From Epiperipatus broadwayi (Eukaryota; Animalia; Onychophora): a stretch of DNA of 64,000 nt. The translations under genes and the position numbers were made by a program. The stretch's first letter is position 1. Every line of letters starts with the position of its first letter. The stretch covers positions 8,246,001 to 8,310,000 of the forward strand of contig JAQFVV010000002.1 of the NCBI GenBank assembly GCA_028023455.1. Reading direction: 5' to 3'. A model generated the notes under the pieces. The model worked only from the letters and a program-made list of their open reading frames with translations. It was not told the origin of the DNA and ran no database searches. This document shows positions 1-13,064 of this stretch, in pieces.

Positions 1-235
1 AGATGCAGATGTGTGGATAGCAGAGACAATTCAAGGAGAAATAGGATAGTCAAGTTTTTATATGAGAGATGCAAAAAGCAAAATGAAAATGTTCGGTAGA
101 TTGCAGTTTATGGCTAATAAAAAGATAGCCAAAATAGTATTTAATTGGATTATGAATAAAGGGCAGGCGACAAGATGGGTGAGAAAGGTAATGCCGTATG
201 CAGACAATATGGATAAAGGTATTATGTCAGTATAC

Positions 236-3054
236 TGTAACAGTCGACCTTAGTTCAAGATCGAGTTTCACTGTTCTACCACAGCCCATGTGTCATCCTG
301 CTTTTTTTATTGTTGTTGTCTTAAAATGTATATAAACTACACGTGTATTTCTGAGAAGCGTCTATAAGATTTATAAATATAAATCTGAAATAAAAACTTT
401 CTTTAATTATTTTAAATATTAACTTTTATAGATGTGAGTCAGATATATACGTATATTACAGGAGCATATATAAAATTAAAAATACTAAATAGTTTTTTTT
501 TGTCTTTTAAAATTGTATTTTTTATTACTTTTATTTTAATACTTTGTAATTACTTTTTTTAAATAAATTTAAGATGAAGGTGCAGTCGTTAACTTGTCCA
601 AGAGTAATTAACGGGGTCGGATCCATGATTTTAAAAGGAATTTTTTAATTAAAGTTAATGAAAGTAAAATTTAAAACAAAGCTAATTGATTTTAGTTAGC
701 GATTAACATTTTTATCAAAGCTATTTCTAATCTGGCAATAGATTCGAATTTATTTTGGACAGTTATCTTGCGATTGCATCTGTACTAACAATAGACAAAA
801 AAATTAATTATGTTAAGAAGTAATTAAAAAAAAATTCTTTGAATGCCTCAAAGTGTGTATAAATAGGCCCAAAAATCTATTGTGAGAGTTCGGTCAATAG
901 TCGTTAACCGACTTCACGTCTGTTGATTTTTAAAAAGAGGGGCTTAAGCCATCCCCTCCGTCATCAGCTCCACTCTTTGCCATGCATGATGTAGCTCCTA
1001 CTGTTCAAAAGAACTGCCGAGGCCAAGAGACATGTTAAATCAAAGAATGCCACCTGCCACAGAAGACTCGTGTCTACTTTATTCCATACAATCCTGAGGT
1101 AACAAGTCTAAAGTTGTTACAATAGTATTACATGAATCCTAACTTTATGTTAAACCTCTTTTTAACTCGCTATCAGCGAGCATGTTAAACTAATTATCTC
1201 ATTATAAAATATTTTATCAAACTCACGCTTCTTCTTATCCTTATAATTTAGTGTGGTTATAATTTATTTTTAATGATACTTTTATATTTTTCACTAAACT
1301 TTTATTTGTAAATGCCAATCAAACCCGGTCTTACGAATTTAGAAAGGGGGAGTGGATTAATGAGTTCTTGTTAGTTATTTTTAAATAGCTCGCAATATTG
1401 GGTTTGTATTTTAAATAAATATATGCTTTTAAAAAAACATTTGATCATAAATTTATACAAAATATATAAATACTTTGCGATCTGAGATGGATATTGATGT
1501 CTGTTAAATTTATTGATTTCTTTATTGATCATCATCATCAAAAGGCTGGCGATCTTATTCTATTTTGTTATTTGCACTTTTAACTGTGTGAATTTTAGTA
1601 TGATAAACAGAATAGGATTGATTCAAGAAGGGGGAGCAATGCACGCTTCATTAATAAGTTTTTTAACTTCTGATTAATGATTCTACCTTACTCGGGTCAT
1701 TATTTTAACATATCATTACGTATTTGTTAAACCATTTAGGGCTTTAGTTAGTATTTAAATCCAATGTTTTTATAGTCTTATAATAGCATTGCTGGCATAT
1801 GTCAAATTATTAATAAGCCACATAGGGCCTTGATCTGAGTCGCCTGTACCTCATTCCAGAGATCACGATCATCTTAGTTTGTCATTCTTCTTCATAAAGT
1901 ATATATGTATATACTGCTCTGTTAAGCCTTCCGTCCGTTTTTTATTGTTCTCGTTCATAACAGGGGTCTAAGTCTACCACCTGGAACAAGCCGGTTAGTG
2001 TAGTTGAAGCTATGCATGGACGTACCATGAACCGGATCCATAGCAACTTCCTATCTAACTTTTCCATTAGGTACAGCTCAGCCTGAAGCTGGCGTATCAC
2101 CTTCAAATAGAATGACGTTTTCTTGGCCAAATGTGCCACCCTCTCTCTCTGATGTAATTCTAGCACCACAATTTCTTATAGTTAGTTTTCTAGCCTGTTT
2201 AGCAAAATAAACTGTAATATGTGATAATAAAACATTTTTCTCTTTGTAGTTTTTCGTTGGAGTTTAGATCCAACCTCTCATTAAGCTGCCCTCCCCTTTA
2301 TTGAAATAAGCCATTCCCGTATTTTTATAGTTTCACAATATCTGATAGTTAAATGTCGAAAATGTTTTTTAAGTATATTTTGATAACAATGTATTCTCAT
2401 TTTAGTATTGTAAATAAATTCCATAAATGAAAATAAAGTTATGTATCCAATGCCAAGGGCATCCATTAAAGTCGTCCAAACAGCGAAACTCTATTATTGT
2501 CATATCTTTATTATTCTTACCCAAATCCGTTTTGTAACATGAATTAAAATGATTTTTAAATATACGTTCAGTATTGTAACCGCCACATTAAATTTATATC
2601 TGTCTAAATAAAAATAATTGTACCAAGTTTGTTAAATGTTTGTAATAAAAATAGTTTTAAATGCATGAGTTTGATTATATATATAAAACTCATCTTGAAT
2701 TTTGTCCAAATAAATACTTATATTTTAAACTTTAATCCAGTTGTTCGAATCTACTTGATAATATTTATATTTATGTATATTTTTAACTTATATCTCGGGT
2801 TCACTCAATCTGTCATCATCATAATCATCAGCTGAGTTCTCATGCAAAACGATGTAGCACAGGGCCAGGATAGAATGAATTTATGTGGTATCAGCCGTGA
2901 GTGTTGTCCATAGTGTTATAGATTTGGGGAATGGGCAAACAGGTTAGAATTCATGATTGCTCCTGACCTGTGTATCTCGGGCATGATTGGATTCCGGGAA
3001 CTTTTTCTCAGATTCTAAATCTTGTTGGATGGACATACCTTTTCGACCGGTACA
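236..3054. mobile_element. 2.8-kb insertion with TG...CA ends and 4-bp TSD (solo-LTR or nested LTR-like; Gypsy-like)
   Basis: ATAC at 232-235 and 3055-3058; removing the insert restores the LINE. Ends TGTAACAGTCGA / TCGACCGGTACA form a 10/12 inverted match. Internal LTR-like ends TGTTACA (1115-1121) and TGTAAC (2575) suggest nesting. No gag or pol motif recognised. Confidence 0.7.
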
Positions 3055-3268
3055 ATACTTATACAAAAGGTGGGATGATTGGGTTAGGAGAATTGTTGAG
3101 TGTCATAGTAGTAAGGAATGGGATAGAAGAATAGAGGCATTAATAAAGATTAGGGAATTGGAGAGATGGAAACTAGTATGGAGAGTTTAAATATGTATAT
3201 AGAAGTAAATAAAATATTGGGTGCAAGTTAATTTATGATAATAGCAAAAAAAGTAGTTTACTGTTTAA

Positions 3269-4070
3269 ACCTTATATATAGAGCTTGCAAATAAGCTCTT
3301 AACAAGCTTTGCCGAATATCCCCAACCCCAGACCGGTTCCTGCTACTGACATCCTTAGTAAGAAGCTAGGATATTCAAGCATTAGATTAAAAATACTAGG
3401 ACAACCCAACACTTTGTCTAATGGATAACTGTTAAGTAGAAAATCTGAAATTTTCAGACATCCATTTCTTCCAATCCAGCTATCTAACTTAAATAGTCAT
3501 ATGGGACTGAACTAAGTTCAGATACACCATATATATTAATAGATTTAGCAATATAAAATAGCGAAAGCCTTAACAGCAAAAAATAAAATTCTGCAAAACT
3601 TGTTAAGAGCTTATTTGCGAGTTCTATATATAACATTTGTAATACAAGTTTGTTAAATTAGGTCGTGTGACATCTTTCTTGATTTTTTTGTGATTTTATT
3701 TTTTACTATTAAGGCTTTGGCGATTTTATATTGCTAAAGCTATTAATATATGATGTATCTGAACTTAGTTCAGTCCCATATAGGTATTTAAGTTAGATAG
3801 CTGGATTGAAAGACATATGGATGTCTGAAAATTTCAGATTTTCTACTTAATAGTTATCCATTAGATAAAGTGCTGGGCTTGTCCTAGTATTTTTAATCTA
3901 ATGCTTGAACAACCTAGCACCTCACTGAGAGTGCCAGTAGCAGAAACCGGTCTGGGGATATTCTGCAAAGCTTGTTAAGAGCTTATTTGCGAGCTCTCTA
4001 TATAACATTTGTAATACAACTTTGTTAAATTAGGTCATGTGACATCTGATTTGATTTTTTTTTGTAATTT
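3269..4070. mobile_element. Foldback insertion (about 318-bp arms at 3272-3589 and about 3692-4005) whose loop is a direct copy of its own right end
   Basis: Arms are reverse complements by eye (e.g. GGGACTGAACTAAGTTCAGATAC / GTATCTGAACTTAGTTCAGTCCC). TGTTTAA occurs at 3262-3268 and 4071-4077, and the LINE is restored when the insert is removed. Confidence 0.85.
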
Positions 4071-4937
4071 TGTTTAAGGCTTGAATGGGATCTTTAGCAA
4101 TTAAGGAATATACACATAAATGGGAAAATGTGGGTAATTTAATCTGCAAATTGTGTAAGGAATGCACAGAAAATATAAGGTATCTGTTAATTGAATGTAA
4201 ATGCCTGAAAGCAGAAAGGATACAAATAATGAAGTTGCGGAAGAATAAAGTGGGTTATTGGTTTTTATGCTGGGGTTAGGAAAAGACAAAGGGGATTTAG
4301 ATCTAAAGGCTAGGGAGTTGACAAAGATTATGTTGTGGAAATGGGATGGAGCACAAGATATGGAAAAACTTAGGGCGGGGAATAAAAAGGGAAGTTAAAG
4401 TGGCTAATAGGTTTCTCTGGGTATAGTTGCTGAGAGATTCCTGATTCCGCATAAGTAGTCACAGTGCATCACATCACATGAAAGTGGTGTAGTGAAAATT
4501 GCACTAGAGAAATATTGTTTAACATCTTCCGTCCTAGATCATTTTAATGGTTTGCCATTCATTAAATACATTTATTACTGAAGATTAATCAATTTATTAA
4601 GATTTATTATTTGCTAATTAAAAAAAATAAGTTGACTTGCTAATATTTTTTTGAAAATGGTAATTGTAAACTAAGTGCGCATACAAACTAAATGCTTCTT
4701 TCAACAATCAACATCCGTGAAAATCACACCAATAACACTAGTATATTTTATTTTTCCCATAGGACTGATTTAACCCAAGGATTTTTGGTCTTTAACTAAG
4801 AATAACTTGATGTGGTCCATTTATTTTATATATATATACATACTTTAATGATATAAAGTAAGAGCAATGGGGAGATTACCATTATATATCCAAATTGAGG
4901 TACCAATCCATCATGGAATGAAAATTGAATAAAATAC

Positions 4938-6190
4938 TGTAACGGTATGAAAAATAGAGCTGCAGGTTGAAGGGGTTCAAACCTCACCTACTCCTTCAGA
5001 CTGTCACTAAGCGACTTACTTCCCAAGACCTCACTAGAATTTCTTCTTAATATATGCCCGGTGATCAGGGAGAGACAAGACTCGGAGGGGGAATTTTACA
5101 GATAAGAAAGCGATATGTGAATGTATTAAAATAAAATAGAAATTTATTGTTTACAAAAGAATTACAATTTATTATCAAAAAAAGAAATAAACAAAGATCA
5201 CTCTCTCTAAAGAGGCAGTTAGTAATCTCTCGGCCTACCCAAGAGCATTAATGGATTACACAATAACTATAGATATGCAGTAAATGGTTTCATTTTACAA
5301 ATTATCACATTTACTAGGCATAGAGTGAATGATTCAAGGAAATGAGAAAGAGAGTAAAAGGGGTCATTCAAAGGTGGTAGAAAAGAAAGAAAATCTTAAC
5401 AAACAGATCACTAGTTAAATAGATCTTTTAGCTATGATTTAAAACATAGCCAGCAACTTAAATTTGAACCCCCTTTGTTCTTTTCTTCTCCCCTTTACCT
5501 CACCAACATCATCAAGTTTTTCCATGTAGTGCCTTGAGTATAGAAGATAGTCAAGTTTAATAGAACAAATGTATTACTAAATATGTATTACTCAGAGATT
5601 CGTTATTTTTCTCCTTTTCTTGGTAGGCAGGGTTTTCAGAGATATTTTTCCATATGAAAAATGTAAAATGAAATGAGGCTGGATAGCACTTTGACCCTAA
5701 AACATAGTAGGATGAGAAGGAACCCGTTCGCAGAGCGTGATCCGGGTTCAAAACAGAGCATATTGCTTATGTCCAGTCATTTATAGATTTTACATATAAT
5801 GATTTCCGGAATTTTATCCGGAGATTTTCGAAGATAGGTCCACCAATATGGAGATTGAACTAAGACGCATTTATAAAGGTATTCCCGACTCCCCAAGTAA
5901 TACACGAAAGATTTAGACAGAATAATAATCTGTTTTTAAAAAAAAAAATCAAGCCTGATTTAAATACGAGTATCTAAATTCTCATGACATCAAACCTCCA
6001 CAAAACTGAGGTAAATGTTTAGATTAAGAAACAAAATCCCCTTATATTTATCGATCTTTATATGATCGATTAGATATATATATATATTTACTAATGGCTT
6101 AATAAAATATGTTAGAACTCTATTTAACCATCAATAAAACTTCTTTAACATTTCTTGATTATATATATATAAAAAAAACACTCTCCCCCG
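4938..6190 (-). mobile_element. LTR-like relic (possible 3' LTR with polypurine tract)
   Basis: ATAC followed by TGTAACGG at 4938. On the minus strand GGGGGAGAG (6181-6189) directly precedes TGT at 6180, and there is a minus-strand AATAAA near 5145. No second LTR or TSD partner found. Confidence 0.4.
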
Positions 6191-6479
6191 CATTTAAAAT
6201 GTACAGGTTATTTCAAATCACTCCGCTCTAAATAAAATGACTACATATATATATATAAAAAATAATGACAGAATATTTTATTATTCCGCCCTTTTAAGAA
6301 AAACACTTTAAAAATTAAATTAATCACACAAATACATTATATATAATAAAACAAAAGTTACGTATACGTTTTTTTGTTAATGAAAACATTTAAATATATA
6401 ACAAACACCAATACAATGATTTATATTACCGGTAAATGGGAAATGCATATGCCTTTTATAATGAGATGATAGTCTTATG

Positions 6480-6860
6480 GAGATTTCAGTGCACTTCATG
6501 ATCTGTGTCCGGCAGGAAAATGTTCTAACACCGACTCTTCATTTTGATATTAAGTCATTCCAGTTCCAGCAACACAGAAAAACGACGAGAGAAAGGTCTA
6601 CTCGGCCATTCCCATTACAGCGCACAAAAAATTCTTTCTTTAAAATTTCTTTTAAAGGTTTGTGGTTAATATACTCTACTTTGCGAGAACTTTTTACCCA
6701 CAAGCTGATTATATTCTTCTTCACTAAATATCTTGTGATATTTCCCTAGTCCTCCTAGTTGAACTGACTCAGGCAAAGACTGTGCAGAAACTAACTGTTA
6801 TCCCTCTATCTACCCAAGTTGTTGGCCATCTTGCATTCCAATCTCCATTGTTCTCTATCT
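6480..6860 (-). pseudogene. Possible pogo/Tigger-type (CENP-B HTH) transposase relic
   Basis: A minus frame reads QSLPESVQLGGLGKYHKIFSEEEYNQLV, resembling the LGR..VF(S/T).E.E..LV motif before the CENP-B HTH. Stops and frameshifts follow. Confidence 0.35.
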
Positions 6861-7178
6861 TAATTTTAATTACAGTGTTTTTAAATCAATTATTTTTTTT
6901 ATCTAAGTAATCTTTTTCTCCAATGAGTTCTAGAAATTTTTATTTCTTTATCTAAAATAAAATCTTTTCATTTCATTTTCTAAAATTAAAAAGAACATTC
7001 CGTAAATTTTTTTCTACTTTAAATTTAATCTACATTCATTGTGGTTGAACTCAGGGTCATTCCATGTGTATATATGTATAGCTTCAATACAAGAAAAACA
7101 CTTTAGTATGCCCTATGAATTGAGATTTCAGAATTATAACACTGTAAAATGTCCAAGAGATACTCCTCAAAATTAAAT

Positions 7179-8472
7179 GGTACTTACGGATAATTCTACC
7201 GATGACGTATTTGACTTACCGATTTCCCTTCCGTGGACATAGACGTTTTTTGCATGACAATGTTGTCATGGCAACAAAGTGACTGGCGTGATGAATCCAT
7301 CAGAGAGTCAATTTTTTTTTTTCACACGCGAGATTTAAAATTCGGAGAGAGGTTTGGGAAATTTTTTGATTTTTCTGTCTATTGTGATTTTGCTATTCAC
7401 GGCATCACAGTTACTTTTTTGAGCTGTAAATTCGGGTAAAGTGTTTTATTTATCTGTTTATTTTAAATTTACAAAAATTTTTAGTTAATATTTCTACAAT
7501 TCTGAAACTTACATTGAATTACATTTAATGTGTAAATAATTTTCAATAATTTTTTAAAACAAATTTGGAATATATATTACCAAATGCATGTGATAACAAG
7601 GACGCCATTAATGCCAGATTCGCATTAATTCAGGTAAAGTGTTTTATTTGTTTATTTTAAATTTACAAAAACTTTTTAATATTTCTACATTACATTTTTA
7701 ATGTGTAAATAATTTGAAATAATTTTTTAAATCAACTTTGCAATATGCAGTACGTTTTTAAAATTTACAAAAAGTTTTTGTTAATATTTCTACAATTCTC
7801 AAACTTATTTACAAAAAATATTTGTTAATATTTGTACAATTCTCAAACTTACATTGAATTACATTTTAATTTTATTTTTAATTTCTGAATTATATCATAC
7901 AGCTATGAGAGTAATACAATGTCTGATATACGTGACAAAAACATCCGGAGGGCCCCCCTGCCAATTCCAGCGCTACGCGCTGCTGTATTTTAAAATTGAT
8001 AATAAAATTTTTTTTCGTCATCGGCAATTATACAAATTACAATATGAGAGTAATACAATGTCTGATATACGTGTATGCCGAGCCTGTGGCTCGACAAAAA
8101 CATCCGGAGCCCCCCCCACCAATTCCAGTGCTACGCGCTGCTGTATTTTAAAATTGAGAATAATATTTTGACGCATGCATGTACATTTTTTTAAATTTTT
8201 TTTTAGTATTTGCCTGACCTGCGTCAGATATTTTTCATTTTTGAATATTTTTTAGCATGTGACATGGATAATTGAACCGATGACGTATTACCCTGAAGGC
8301 ATATCAGTCTAATCTTGCGATTTTTAACATACTGTGTTCATGTGATCTGCGGACACATTTTAGCGATTACATGTGTCCGCAGATCACTTGGAGACGTTAT
8401 CTTAAAAATCGCAAGATTAGACTGATATGCCTTCAGGGTAATACGTCATCGGTTGAATTATCCGTAACTACC
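7179..8472. mobile_element. Non-autonomous TIR element, GG...CC ends, 8-bp TSD (Merlin-like; family 1)
   Basis: TIR GGTA(C/G)TTACGGATAATTC(T/A)ACCGATGACGTATT at both ends. Flanks AATTAAAT (7171-7178) and AATTAAAC (8473-8480), 7/8. Internal direct repeats at 7904/8043 (period 139) and near 7436/7635. Confidence 0.85.
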
Positions 8473-10930
8473 AATTAAACTAATGTTTCAAAATTTAGAA
8501 TGATAAAAAAAAAAAATTCAAGCAAAAAAAAACAACAAAAAACTAAAGAATCTGTATACTGGCTTCAAATCAGTAATTTATACCAATATAATCATAAATA
8601 AAAAACACAAAGAATGCTGGCTTTTATTAATGTCCTGTAAATTATAAAATAGGAATTACTAACTAAATAATATAAATATAGATACAAGCTAAAATTGGTA
8701 GTGCTACATCAATTGATAAACCAATTCATAATAAAATAAATGAATGAAGGTTCAGCAGATTTTTAAATAGGATACTTAAAAATTTATGTTGATGTAATAT
8801 TCAAAATTTATTATTAAATTTACAATTGATATTTATTTTAAATAACCTTTAGGCTGCCATGTGTTAAATTTATGTTACATTCAAAAGCATGAAAATACCA
8901 AGTTCAATAACCTATAGAATTTTATTATAAAATGTATTAATAGCAGTTGACATCAATAAGCATTCATAAAATGTTAATTAACCTGGATTAATTGCCAAAC
9001 ACCGGTGTCATATTTATATTGCTCACTAGTAAGATTTTGTCTATCTGTGTTTATTTTTAAATATAAATTATGATTGCTATACCTTATAATTATGAATGTA
9101 AATAAAACTCAAATTTCAAATTTAATAATAATTTATTTATAAATAGACAAAAAAAAAATTAAAATTATGAATATATTATATGAGGTTATGTGTCAAGTGA
9201 CACTAGTCAAGATATTCATTCCAAAACCAGAGGAAAATACTCATCTATATATTATTTTCAAATAATATAAAATTATAAAATAAGTCCTAACTTGTAACAG
9301 TTTGTCCACTAGGCAGAGCCTGAAGAAACTTAAGTTATTAAGCAAAAATCTATTTTAATCACTAATTATAAAATTTAAGAGACTTATGATTTCTCTTTAA
9401 GTCTCCACTTGAATATACACTCATACATACAGAACATACGTTAAAATGGACCTTGTAATTATAATAATATTAAATCATAAATGAAACCAAAGGACCTGTA
9501 AATGAGTAATGTTCATTATCCAAAAGTTCTATTGCTCTTTAGATTCCTTTCCCCAAGTTCAATATATATATAGTCCATTAAGAGAATCAAATAGTTAGAA
9601 TGCATTGACCAACAAGAAAAGAGCGTAATATTTGAAGTTTATTCCACTGAGTTAACTAATAATTTCAAGTAAGGTAATGAGGTATATTACTTATTATCAT
9701 GTTTTCGGGTTATTATAAGGATTCTTTATAATTCTGGTTTCATTGACACATGAATATAATCAAATGCATACAGATATCAATTTACATGGTTGATTTTTGT
9801 TTGATATTTCAGCTATTAAATTTTCCATTTTGAAATAGTTATCACTTTACCCTTTGTTGCATCCATACATTTATAGGTACAAAATGTGGATAGACTTTAA
9901 TATATATTAGATTTACATTCATCATTTTATTTGCCTCTTACCAATTTTATTATCCCACTAGCAAATCATTATTTTTAAATCCTTGGCAATTTGTTAATTT
10001 TATCCTTAGGCACTTACATATTTATCAGTTATCAGACACATGGATATGTATAATTGCATTGAACTTAGCCCAGCATTAAAAAAAAAATTATTGTAAATCC
10101 TTTAGAATGCTAAAAACAAACTAATTTCATTTTGCTGTTTCAAAGCTTCTCAAGAGAAATAAATTTGCCATCAGGAGTAAACACCAAACTTTCTATTTAG
10201 TTATCCATAATACGCATTTCCAAATATAGACATATCATCACTTCTTTTAATTTAATGTTCAATGCATTACATTGATTGAGCTGTTAAAGATACATATGTA
10301 GAAAACAACAAGAGAAGATATTCAACTTGAAACAAAGGCCTTATTTATACTCTTTGCTTATTGACGTAGCTTTAGGAAGGCATATCAACACTGCTACTAT
10401 TGATACACTTTTAAGTTAATTCTTTTAATCCTATTGAATAATTATTGAGGTCACTTAAATGCACTTTGGCATTTCTGGCAACACATCTGAAATTTTTTTA
10501 CTTTGAAAACAAAAATATTGTTACAATAACTTAAATGTCTTTTAAAATGGCTTGATTCTTTGTAGTTTGATGTGTGCTAACGGTAGCTGATTCGTTGAAA
10601 TTTTATCTTTTAAAATTTTGCGAAAACTATAAGCATGATATCAACAAAAATCCCACCTTAAAATGTACGGATAAAATTTGAATTTTTTGTTAATATTTTT
10701 ATTGATAAGTGTATTTATTTTTTTTATTTTCTGGTCAATTGAGTAGTTTACACGAGGACGATAAAGTCAGAAAATTTTTATCTGCCTCATTATCTAACTC
10801 AAGTGGATTAAAAATATGCTGATATTTGCATTGAAGACCCTACAATGGGATGCAAATGTAATCACAGAATATTGTACATATACAATTTTAATTTTTTGAA
10901 TAATACTATAAATTTTTTTAAAATTATTTG

Positions 10931-13060
10931 ATAAATGGTATAATTTATTAATTTGCGTTTGTGTGTAGTATATAAATTTGTTATTGTCATATTTTAAAGA
11001 ATATTTATGAAAATGCAACAGCAACAATTAGATTGCATAATGATACTGGGAAAGTCAACATTGAGAAGGGTATAAGACAGGGTGACTCCATATCTCCAAA
11101 ACATTTTACAGCAGTGCTGCAAGAAGTATTTTGTGGATTAAAATGAGAAGCTAAAGAAGTGAAAGTAAATGGAGATTATTTTGCAGATGATGTAGTTGTT
11201 TTTGCAAATAATGCTTTAGAGTTGCAGGAATTATCAGATGAAAGTAGGATTAAAGATAAATGTTAAAAAGACTAAAGTAATGTTTAATGGATTTTCTCAA
11301 AATATGAAAATAAAGATTGATTATGATAAGTTAGAAGAAGTTAACAGTTACAAATACCTTGGTCAGATTATTAATACAGATGGAAACATAATGGATGAAA
11401 TTAATCATAGAATTAAACTTGAGTGCTTTTGGTAGAAATAACTTGATACTAAAAGGAAATATTCCTATGTATTTGAAAAGGTTTTTAATAAATGTGTTTT
11501 ACCAATTCTTACTTATGGATCTGAGACTTGGACACTTAACAGCAGAGCAATAGACTTCAGATCACTCAAAGTAGTATGGAGAGATGCATGATGGGGATAA
11601 CAAGAAGAGATTGAAAATGCAATATATGGGTAAGAGAACAAACAGGTGTTATTGACCTCATTGAAAAAATTAAAAGATTGAAGTGAAGTTGGGCTGGACA
11701 TATTGCTAGAAAAGATGATAACAGATGGACAATTGAAATCTTAAACTGGATTCCAAGAGATTGTAAAAGACCCAGAAAGAGACCACATGTGAGATGGATG
11801 GATGAAATAAGAAAGTGTGTAGGGGTGAGGTGGAGAAGAGAAGCTAAAAATCGGAGATGGATTGAACTTGGAGAAACCTTCATTCTGCAGTGGATTGATG
11901 ATGATGATATAAATTTGTATTCAAATATAACAAAAATGGTTTTTGTACAGAGTAATTTTATGTCTCTGATCCAAGTTTAAGGCAACCTTATTTTATAGAC
12001 ATAATGATTCTCAAAAGATTTGATAATTTATTAGTATGTTTATATTTGTATTAGAATGTTTGCTTTGGCATAGTGTTTGTGTAACAAGTAATGATTTACA
12101 TATATACAGTAGTGAAATGTAAATTTTAAAAACTGATAATCAAATGTACAGAAAGGTTGCAGATTGCAGTTGACAAAGCAATCACAAAATTTACTGGGCA
12201 TAGTACTATGTGAAAATATAAACACTTAAAACCAATAAAGAGAAATTTCAAATGACGTGTGTGTAATGGTAGCAACAATGATTATGCATATACCACATGG
12301 AATTGTATGCAGGCAAAGAATCAAATTCTGATTCTTGTCTACACCTTGATACTCATTGCTATGAAGTCAGTAGTTTTGCGACATCTGGCATAACATTATT
12401 TTAAAGTCTATAGTTAGCAAATGAACTATATGCAAATAAATTATATCTCTGTGGGACAGTAAATATAACAAGATACCGTCACTGGTGTGCATAAAGAAAA
12501 TAAACATCACTGATGTACACAAAAAATATAAAATGAAGAAATGAAACTCATTTTATCAGTGATTCAGACAGTAGCCTACAATTTGTAGTTTTAGATAGTC
12601 AAGAAGCCAATTGCTATGATGACAAATACTTATCCATCTTCTGGAAATGACTTGTTTTGTATCTTTTATTAGGATGAATCTTTTTCTTATAGACGCCTTT
12701 GAGATTTGTCAACTTTTGGGGTTCAAGATAAAAATGAAGCTTTTATGCGAATACTTTTGGAGATTCTGAAGCTATGGATTATCTCAGGTAAGAAGTATTA
12801 TATATGGTTTGAAAGATAATTTTGGGAGAAATACAAAGAAATTATCAATGAAGATGTAATTTAAACTTAGTTAATTATAAATTAGAAATTGTGATAATTA
12901 TGTCGGATATTGAAATTTCTTTTTTCCATTTATTTTTTAAATGATAATTACTATTTGTCTTAGATTTATTGTTTTACTTAGTTTTTCTAGTTACTATCAA
13001 TGTAAAGTTTTTTTACTCTAATATTATTAAAACTGAAGTTATTGTGAAAATTGTGTCTCA
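10931..13060 (+). pseudogene. piggyBac (PGBD-like) transposase relic, copy 1, interrupted by RTE
   Basis: Translates with stops and frameshifts to KRFDNLLVCL, IAVDKAITKFTGHSTM*KYKHLKPIKRNFK (12163 onward), HMELYAGK, YF*SL*LANELYANKLYLCGTVNITR (to about 12470) and MMTNTY. These follow the conserved piggyBac VDE / KP.K.GFK / Y.GK / DN.F.S / GTV motifs in order. Confidence 0.85.
10982..11906 (+). mobile_element. 5'-truncated RTE-clade LINE
   Basis: 12-bp TSD ATATAAATTTGT at 10970-10981 and 11907-11918, and a 3' (GAT)n tail. RT C-terminal motifs RQGDSISP, FADDV, YKYLGQ, LTYGSETW, WAGHIAR. Aligns to 63731-64000. Confidence 0.95.
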
Positions 13061-13064
13061 GGTA

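Larger units (their letters stand above)
1..4450 (+). mobile_element. 3' part of esterase-ORF1 LINE (same family as 45050-49420), split into three pieces (1-235, 3055-3268, 4071-4450) by two insertions
   Basis: The three pieces align collinearly with 48640-49420 (e.g. GTCAAGTTTTTATATGAGAGATGCAAAAAGCAAAATGAAAATGTT; TTAATTTATGATAATAGCAA; GGTTTC(T/C)CTGGG(T/C)ATAGT). ORF 4085-4279 has a C-terminal Zn-finger-like CKLCKECTENIRYLLIEC. Confidence 0.9.

Noticed and set aside
3265-4077. piggyBac MITE (TTAA TSD)
   Set aside because: No CC(C/T)...(A/G)GG termini or terminal inverted repeats at the junctions; the duplication extends to TGTTTAA.
9400-10460. Coding-like minus-strand relic (e.g. IESLVFTPDGKFISLEKL)
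   Set aside because: Too many stops and no motif I can assign; would need a frameshift-aware protein search.
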